Origin: Thalassobaculaceae bacterium
Lineage (GTDB): Bacteria; Pseudomonadota; Alphaproteobacteria; Thalassobaculales; Thalassobaculaceae
NCBI GenBank assembly: GCA_965228875.1
Contig: OZ245843.1
Coordinates: 4,880,616-4,944,615, forward strand
Reading direction: 5' to 3'
Length of the DNA: 64,000 nt
Shown here: positions 56,749 through 64,000 of the stretch, one piece after another
How positions within the stretch are numbered: the first letter of the stretch is position 1
Layout: every line of letters begins with the position of its first letter
Notes under the pieces: generated by a model
Told to the model about the DNA's origin: nothing
Database searches by the model: none
The model's input: only the letters and a program-made list of their open reading frames with translations
Made by a program: the position numbers and the translations under genes

Positions 56749-57777
56749 TTATTTTTCCCCGCCTTTCCTGGACAGGTCCCAGCCCTCGCCGCCAAAATTG
56801 AACCTAACCTCTCCAGACCACCCACGTTTTGCCGCTTCGCCGATCGGGGTCCCGTTGAACCTCGGGTCGATCTGAACGAATTCGATCGGACGTGCGTTCA
56901 AATTCTCCAGGTCGGCCTCGAAGTCGGGAATCGTTTCCGAACGTCCCGCATCGGACTGACTCTCGAGTTGTGATCCCTCACCGATGCGCTGGAAGCTTGA
57001 CTCGCTTCGCATGGTGTCACGCTCGGCATCGTAGGATCGCTGGTCGTCCGAATCGCTATATTGATCGTGCTCATTGTTATAGAACGCCGTTGGGTGAGTG
57101 TTCACCGGATCTCTTGTGGATATATTGGAACCTTTGAATCTCAATTGATGGAAAAGTCGAGTGTGATCTCCGAATTCAGTTGTAGTATATCCTTGATTCG
57201 ATTTCATTTTCTCATCGAGTTCGAAAAACTTTTTGGCCTTCTTCGTGCGTTCTCTCGTTACTATGTAAAATTTCCTGTTGGCGTCCGCATAATGGCCTTG
57301 CCCGGACGGATTCCACTTATCATTGCCGCCACCGCCACCGCCACCGCCACCGCCACCGCCACCGCCACCGCCACCGCCACCGCCACCAATGCTGCCGCCT
57401 CGCTCGGCGATCATTGCAGGCTGCACGGCACGTCCGCTGAGCCGGTGAACTGGACTCGGCGCTGAGGGCGGTGCGACACGATGCGCCGTCATGGACTGTC
57501 GCTGTGTGAGAGCAGCGGCACGGCCGGCATCGTGCGTGGGCCGCTGGTTGGCCGCTCCGGCAAGTTGTACGAGAGGCGTGGCTACCGACGCAGACGGGTG
57601 TATCGGCAGCGCTTGACGATGCGGTTGAACGGTCGACGGAAGTGGCTGTGTTGCCCTCGCTTCGTGCGGGAGCAGAGGCCGGTTGGGCATCACCCCATTG
57701 TTCAGTCTTGGCTGTGCTGCCGGACCGTTGATACCGAGCGCACGCAACTCATGCGGCAGGAGCGGCCGATTGACCAT
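56749..57777 (-). CDS. Hypothetical protein: two RPLLPHE repeats, Gly21 linker, low-GC unknown C-terminal domain
   Basis: ATG at 57777 after GGGGAGAG RBS; 342 aa. Confidence 0.78.
   Translation of the reverse strand: MVNRPLLPHELRALGINGPAAQPRLNNGVMPNRPLLPHEARATQPLPSTVQPHRQALPIHPSASVATPLVQLAGAANQRPTHDAGRAAALTQRQSMTAHRVAPPSAPSPVHRLSGRAVQPAMIAERGGSIGGGGGGGGGGGGGGGGGGGGGNDKWNPSGQGHYADANRKFYIVTRERTKKAKKFFELDEKMKSNQGYTTTEFGDHTRLFHQLRFKGSNISTRDPVNTHPTAFYNNEHDQYSDSDDQRSYDAERDTMRSESSFQRIGEGSQLESQSDAGRSETIPDFEADLENLNARPIEFVQIDPRFNGTPIGEAAKRGWSGEVRFNFGGEGWDLSRKGGEK
57328..57387. repeat. Perfect hexanucleotide microsatellite (GCCACC)10 encoding poly-Gly
   Basis: Directly visible; in frame as GGT-GGC on the minus strand. 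Confidence 0.95.
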
Positions 57778-57996
57778 GGCTATACTCTCCCCCAACAGGA
57801 ACACACGATCACAGGAAGGCATATGATCGCGTGAAGCTTTCCCACCTTCAATAGATCAGAGGACGGCCAATAGGTCAGAGGAAGGCGCCCGGTTTAAGGC
57901 GATTGGATCTGAGGCGACCGTGCTCTGCGGACCCGCTAAGTTGAGTATGCGCTGGTGATCCGATCAGCCTTTGGCCGCTGGGTTTCAGAGTTCCCT

Positions 57997-58557
57997 TCAA
58001 TCCGCGAACTCCGGCACGCCCGCTCCGATGTCGATGAAGCGCCGGTCCAGGACCTTCATCACCGTCAGGGCGTCGCGTTCGTCGAAATAGGTTTCCCGCT
58101 CCACCGCCGGGCTGGAGCAGAAGTAGACCAGACGCGCCCGGCCGTCGTCGTCGCGCATGGGAAAGGCGATCGACTCGCGGGTGAGCATCTTCCCGCTCTC
58201 CGTGGTCGAGCGGAGCTTCACGAGCATGCCGGCCGGCTGCTCGCAGACGAGGAAGATCGCCCGGGACGCGATCGGTCGCCGGGACTCCTCCACGAAATCC
58301 AGGTAGTTCCGGCCGGTGATCTCCTGGCCATAGTCGTCCACCACCGCCGTCCCGACGAGGCGGAGGCGGATCTGCTCCGGCGAGATGAGGTCGTGGATCA
58401 CCAGGTTGGGCAGCAGGCCCGCGACCCTGCCCGGATCGAAATCCGCACGGGACGGGATCAGGTCGCGGCAGGGCAGGGACAGCCAGTAACGTGCGAACTC
58501 GACCGAGCGCTCGCCCGCATCCCAAATCGCTGCCAGTACCGACGCGTCCCGTGACAC
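57997..58557 (-). CDS. Stand-alone PAS-domain protein (PAS_5/DUF1457-like), paralog B
   Basis: PSRADFDP, IRLRLVGT, EITGRNYLD, C-terminal IDIGAGVP shared with paralog A; start taken at GTG. Confidence 0.78.
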   Translation of the reverse strand: MSRDASVLAAIWDAGERSVEFARYWLSLPCRDLIPSRADFDPGRVAGLLPNLVIHDLISPEQIRLRLVGTAVVDDYGQEITGRNYLDFVEESRRPIASRAIFLVCEQPAGMLVKLRSTTESGKMLTRESIAFPMRDDDGRARLVYFCSSPAVERETYFDERDALTVMKVLDRRFIDIGAGVPEFAD

Positions 58558-58571
58558 CGCCCCCACCCCCC

Positions 58572-58685
58572 AGAGCAAATCACGATCGGATGGTATCATC
58601 CGATCGTGTGGATTTGCTCTATCGTTAACAGCTTGGAGAGCGATTCACGATGCTGATCGAGTTGACCTGAGCCAATCGCGCTCCA
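58572..58685 (+). repeat. ~115 bp two-hairpin palindromic element (RIME/BRU-RS/MITE-like)
   Basis: agagcaaatcacgatcggatggtatcatccgatcgtgtggatttgctcta, then a second weaker hairpin ending gcgctc. Confidence 0.8.
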
Positions 58686-58734
58686 GCGAGGACCCGACGA
58701 AGACCCAGCGAGGACCGGGGCTGTGCCGACGCCC

Positions 58735-60675
<1,941 letters not shown>

Positions 60676-60856
60676 GCGATCGCTCCCTCTGCCCTACGCG
60701 TTTGTCCTCCCTGCCAGGGGAGGTTGTCAGGCGCAGTATCGACATCGCGCGGGTGGTTAACAAGGTGTGGGGCGGCAGATTCACCGGCGGCGGGCGGATT
60801 CTGTCAATGACTGCCAAACCTTGAGGCGGCGTAAGTCAAAAAGTTTACAGCCGGCT

Positions 60857-61447
60857 TTACACGTCCCCGCCATCCGTCCGCCCGCTCGCGGTATCGTCCA
60901 GCGCGCCGGCATCGTCCAGGTCCAGGACCCGGCGGGCGACGTCGAGGGAGAAGCCCGCGCGGGCAAGGGCGGCGAGATCGCGGTCGCGGCGCGCCTCGCG
61001 GTCCGCCGGCGGGCGCATCGGGCCAAGACGGCGACGGCGGGCGAACCGGCAGGCGGCGGCGAACTCGGCCGCCGTGCGGTCGGCGCCGTCCTCCTCCGCC
61101 AGCACGCTGTCGATCAGGTCGCCGTCGACGCCCTTCTCGCGCAGGGTCAGCGCGATGCGCCGGGCGGATTCCCCGCGCCGGCGCAGGCTCGCGGCCCGGC
61201 CTTCCGCGAAGGCGCGATCGTCGACCAGACCGACCTCGGCGTAGCGGGCGACGACCGCCTCGACCCACGGCGCCGCCTCGTCCGGGTCGCAGCGCCCCTC
61301 CCGCGCCGCCTTGTCGACCCGGCGCATCAGTACCCGCCGCAGCCCCTCGACGGAGCTGGCATAACGCTCCAGGTAATGCAGCGCGGCACGCTCCAGATAG
61401 GTCTTGGTGAGCGGGCCGCGTTTTCGCCGGCGGTCGGTTCTGTCCAT
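60857..61447 (-). CDS. recX: Regulatory protein RecX
   Basis: ALHYLERYASS, LVDDRAFA, ARRRRLGP, LARAGFS. Confidence 0.85.
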   Translation of the reverse strand: MDRTDRRRKRGPLTKTYLERAALHYLERYASSVEGLRRVLMRRVDKAAREGRCDPDEAAPWVEAVVARYAEVGLVDDRAFAEGRAASLRRRGESARRIALTLREKGVDGDLIDSVLAEEDGADRTAAEFAAACRFARRRRLGPMRPPADREARRDRDLAALARAGFSLDVARRVLDLDDAGALDDTASGRTDGGDV

Positions 61448-61457
61448 GACCGGACGC

Positions 61458-61572
61458 TAGTGCAAATCACGGCCAGATGGAAACATCTGATCGTTTGAAT
61501 TTGCCCTATCTCTAATGACTTAGAGGGCCGGTCGCGTTTCAGGTCGATCAGGTCTGAACCGGGCGCGCTCTA
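61458..61572 (+). repeat. ~115 bp two-hairpin palindromic element (RIME/BRU-RS/MITE-like), diverged copy
   Basis: tagtgcaaatcacggccagatggaaacatctgatcgtttgaatttgcccta...ttagag...gcgcgctcta. Confidence 0.78.
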
Positions 61573-61743
61573 ACACGGAGCTCGGGGGGCGCGACATGGA
61601 ACCGCCGGACCGCCGCCGCCCGTCATCGAACAATCACCCGGTTCACGTTGACAAGGGCCGGGCGCATACTGACTATCGCCGTTTTCGCCGGTCGGGAGGC
61701 GATTCGCGTGAACCCGGCGGCAACAACCGAGGAGTGACGTGTC

Positions 61744-62931
61744 GTGGTGAGCAGCGTGATGCCGACCTATGGCCGGATCGACATCGCTTTCGAGCGGGGT
61801 GAGGGACCCTACCTGTACAGCACCGACGGCCGACGATTCCTCGATTTCGCCACCGGCATCGCCACCAATTCCGTGGGCCACGCCCATCCCAAGCTGGTGC
61901 AGGCGATCGCCGACCAGGCCGCCCGTGTCATGCACGTCTCCAACCTGTACCGGATCCCGGAGCAGGAGGCGTTGGCCGACGCGCTGGTCGCGACGTCCTT
62001 CGCCGACACCGTGTTCTTCTGCAACTCCGGGGCGGAGGCGCTGGAGGGGTCGATCAAGGTGGCGCGGCGTTACCAGTTCCATGTCGGCCAGCCGCACCGC
62101 ACCAAGGTGATTTGCTGCAGCCATTCCTTCCACGGCCGGACCATGGCGACCCTGTCGGCGACCGACAAGGATGCCTACCGCGAGGGTTTCGGGCCGCGCG
62201 TGCAGGGGTTCCAGCATGTGGCCTTCGGCAACCTGAACGAGATGCGCGACGCCGCCGCGGCGGACGATGCCGCTGCCATTCTCGTCGAGCCGGTCCAGGG
62301 CGAGGGCGGGATCTTCGTCGCGCCGACCGAATATCTCCAGGCACTCCGCGAGATCGCCGACGAGTTCGGCCTGATGCTGGTGTTCGACGAGGTTCAGTGC
62401 GGCATGGGGCGTACCGGCCGGCTGTGGGCGCATGAGTGGGCCGGCATCGCGCCGGACATCATGGCTTCGGCCAAGGGGCTTGGCGGCGGCTTTCCCGTCG
62501 GTGCGGTGATGGCCAGCGAGAAGGCGGCATCCGGCATGAAGCCGGGCCTGCACGGCTCGACCTATGGCGGCAACCCTCTGGCAATGGCGGCGGCGAAGGC
62601 CGTGCTCGACATCGTCACCGAGCCCGATTTCCTGCCGCATGTGGAGACGATGTCCGCGTCCTTCCACGACAAGCTCGAAGGGCTGGCGGCGAAGCATCCG
62701 GGCGTGATCGCCGAGGTGCGCGGCAAGGGGCTGCTGCTCGGCCTCAAGTGCGTCGTGCCGGCGGGTGACCTGCAGACAGAACTGCGCGAGAAGCAGGGCA
62801 TGCTGACCGTCGGCGCGGCCGAGAACGTGCTTCGGCTTCTGCCGCCGCTCACCATCGACGAGAGCCATGTCGCGGAGGCGATCGAGAAGATCGACGCGGC
62901 GTGCGCCGGGCTGGCGCGTCATGCCGCTTGA
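61744..62931 (+). CDS. argD: Acetylornithine aminotransferase
   Basis: [48 protein letters not shown]. Confidence 0.95.
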   Translation: MVSSVMPTYGRIDIAFERGEGPYLYSTDGRRFLDFATGIATNSVGHAHPKLVQAIADQAARVMHVSNLYRIPEQEALADALVATSFADTVFFCNSGAEALEGSIKVARRYQFHVGQPHRTKVICCSHSFHGRTMATLSATDKDAYREGFGPRVQGFQHVAFGNLNEMRDAAAADDAAAILVEPVQGEGGIFVAPTEYLQALREIADEFGLMLVFDEVQCGMGRTGRLWAHEWAGIAPDIMASAKGLGGGFPVGAVMASEKAASGMKPGLHGSTYGGNPLAMAAAKAVLDIVTEPDFLPHVETMSASFHDKLEGLAAKHPGVIAEVRGKGLLLGLKCVVPAGDLQTELREKQGMLTVGAAENVLRLLPPLTIDESHVAEAIEKIDAACAGLARHAA

Positions 62932-63862
62932 TCGGGTGGGAGAACCGGGGGACGGCGGCGTGCGGCATTTTCTCGATCTGGACCAGATAGACGCACCGAC
63001 GCTGCGGGCCATGATCGAGCAGGCCAACGCCTACAAGCGCGGCGACGGCCTGGCGGAGAAGCCGCTGGACGGCAAGGTGCTCGCGCTGATCTTCGAGAAG
63101 CCGTCGACCCGGACCCGCGTGTCGTTCGAGTCCGGGATGAAACGGCTCGGCGGCGACGTCGTGGTGCTGAACGGCTCGGATCTGCAACTCGGCCGAGGCG
63201 AGAGCGTCGCCGACACCGCGCGGGTGCTGTCGCGCTACGTCGACTGCATCATGATCCGCACCTTCTCGGAGGCGACGCTGCACGAACTGGCGGAGAACGC
63301 CACGGTCCCGGTGATCAACGGGCTCACCGACCAGTCGCACCCGTGTCAGCTCATGGCCGATATCATGGCCTTCGAGGAGCATCGCGGTCCGATCAAGGAC
63401 AAGGTGATCGCCTGGTCCGGCGACGGAAACAACATGGCGGTGTCCTGGATCCAGGCGGCGGTGCAGTTCGATTTCGTGTTGCGCATCGCCTGTCCGCAGG
63501 AGCTCATGCCGCCGCAGGAGGTGCTGGCCTGGGCCCGCGCCAAGGGCGGACGGATCGAGGTGACGCAGGATCCGGCGGCCGCGGCGGCCGCGGCGGATGC
63601 GGTCGTCACCGACACCTGGGTGTCCATGGGCGACGACGATTCGAACCGTCACAACCTTCTGGCTCCGTATCGCGTGGATCAGGCGCTGATGGACCATGCC
63701 AAGCCGGAGGCCGTCTTCCTGCACTGCCTGCCGGCCCATCGCGGCGAGGAGGTGACGGCGGAGGTGATCGACGGTCCGCAGTCCATCGTGTTCGACGAGG
63801 CGGAAAACCGCCTGCACAGTCAGATGGCGATTCTCAGCTGGTGCCTGTCGGAGCCGAGATGA
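62921..63862 (+). CDS. argF: Ornithine carbamoyltransferase
   Basis: [25 protein letters not shown]; start could be GTG at 62960. Confidence 0.95.
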   Translation: MPLDRVGEPGDGGVRHFLDLDQIDAPTLRAMIEQANAYKRGDGLAEKPLDGKVLALIFEKPSTRTRVSFESGMKRLGGDVVVLNGSDLQLGRGESVADTARVLSRYVDCIMIRTFSEATLHELAENATVPVINGLTDQSHPCQLMADIMAFEEHRGPIKDKVIAWSGDGNNMAVSWIQAAVQFDFVLRIACPQELMPPQEVLAWARAKGGRIEVTQDPAAAAAAADAVVTDTWVSMGDDDSNRHNLLAPYRVDQALMDHAKPEAVFLHCLPAHRGEEVTAEVIDGPQSIVFDEAENRLHSQMAILSWCLSEPR

Positions 63863-64000
63863 GGGAACGCGAGGCCCTGTTCGAGCACACCGGCCGCGAC
63901 GACATCATCCTGCCCTTCCAGATCGATCCGTACGGGCTGCGTGGGCGGCTCGTGCGGCTCGGTTCCGTCGTCGATGGCATTCTGAACCGTCACGACTATC
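63859..64000 (+). CDS. hslO: Hsp33 redox chaperone (partial)
   Basis: [47 protein letters not shown]; follows argF as is common in alphaproteobacteria. Confidence 0.8.
   Translation, partial: MREREALFEHTGRDDIILPFQIDPYGLRGRLVRLGSVVDGILNRHDY

Noticed and set aside
58558..58599. N-terminal extension MIPSDRDLL of the PAS ORF, similar to MFPSDRDLL at 17077
   Set aside because: Both are translations of the palindromic repeat, not a protein motif.

Overview
High-GC chromosomal window of an alphaproteobacterium. A Rhodospirillales-like host is inferred from gene content and the argD-argF-hslO synteny. No rRNA, tRNA, CRISPR array, transposase or integrase was recognised. In order: a nucleoside transporter; a peptide ABC locus with two binding-protein/permease sets sharing one ATPase pair; ribokinase; amidohydrolases; an Old Yellow Enzyme with an orphan permease pair; pdxJ; an MFS/SufR-like regulator pair with twin operators; zur-cobW; a ~10.5 kb photo-oxidative stress island (two photolyases plus furan fatty acid-type ufaD/ufaO/ufaM genes) whose operons start at TGATCC-N16-CGTA (RpoE/ECF11-type) promoters; an orphan motA/motB-like pair with a degenerate EAL-like gene; pdeM; hemF; a cytochrome P460-family gene; a non-canonical SDH/FRD-like operon with a nearby two-subunit Fe-S hydro-lyase; then acs, recX, argD, argF and hslO. 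The most unusual element is a ~2.9 kb cassette (55.1-57.9 kb) between two paralogous PAS genes. It encodes two proteins that share an N-terminal ~29-30 aa 'RPLLPHExR...QP' repeat (6 and 2 copies) fused to unrelated C-terminal domains, an architecture resembling polymorphic effectors. A RIME/BRU-RS-like palindromic element occurs three times. All family assignments come from motif recognition by eye; no searches were run.
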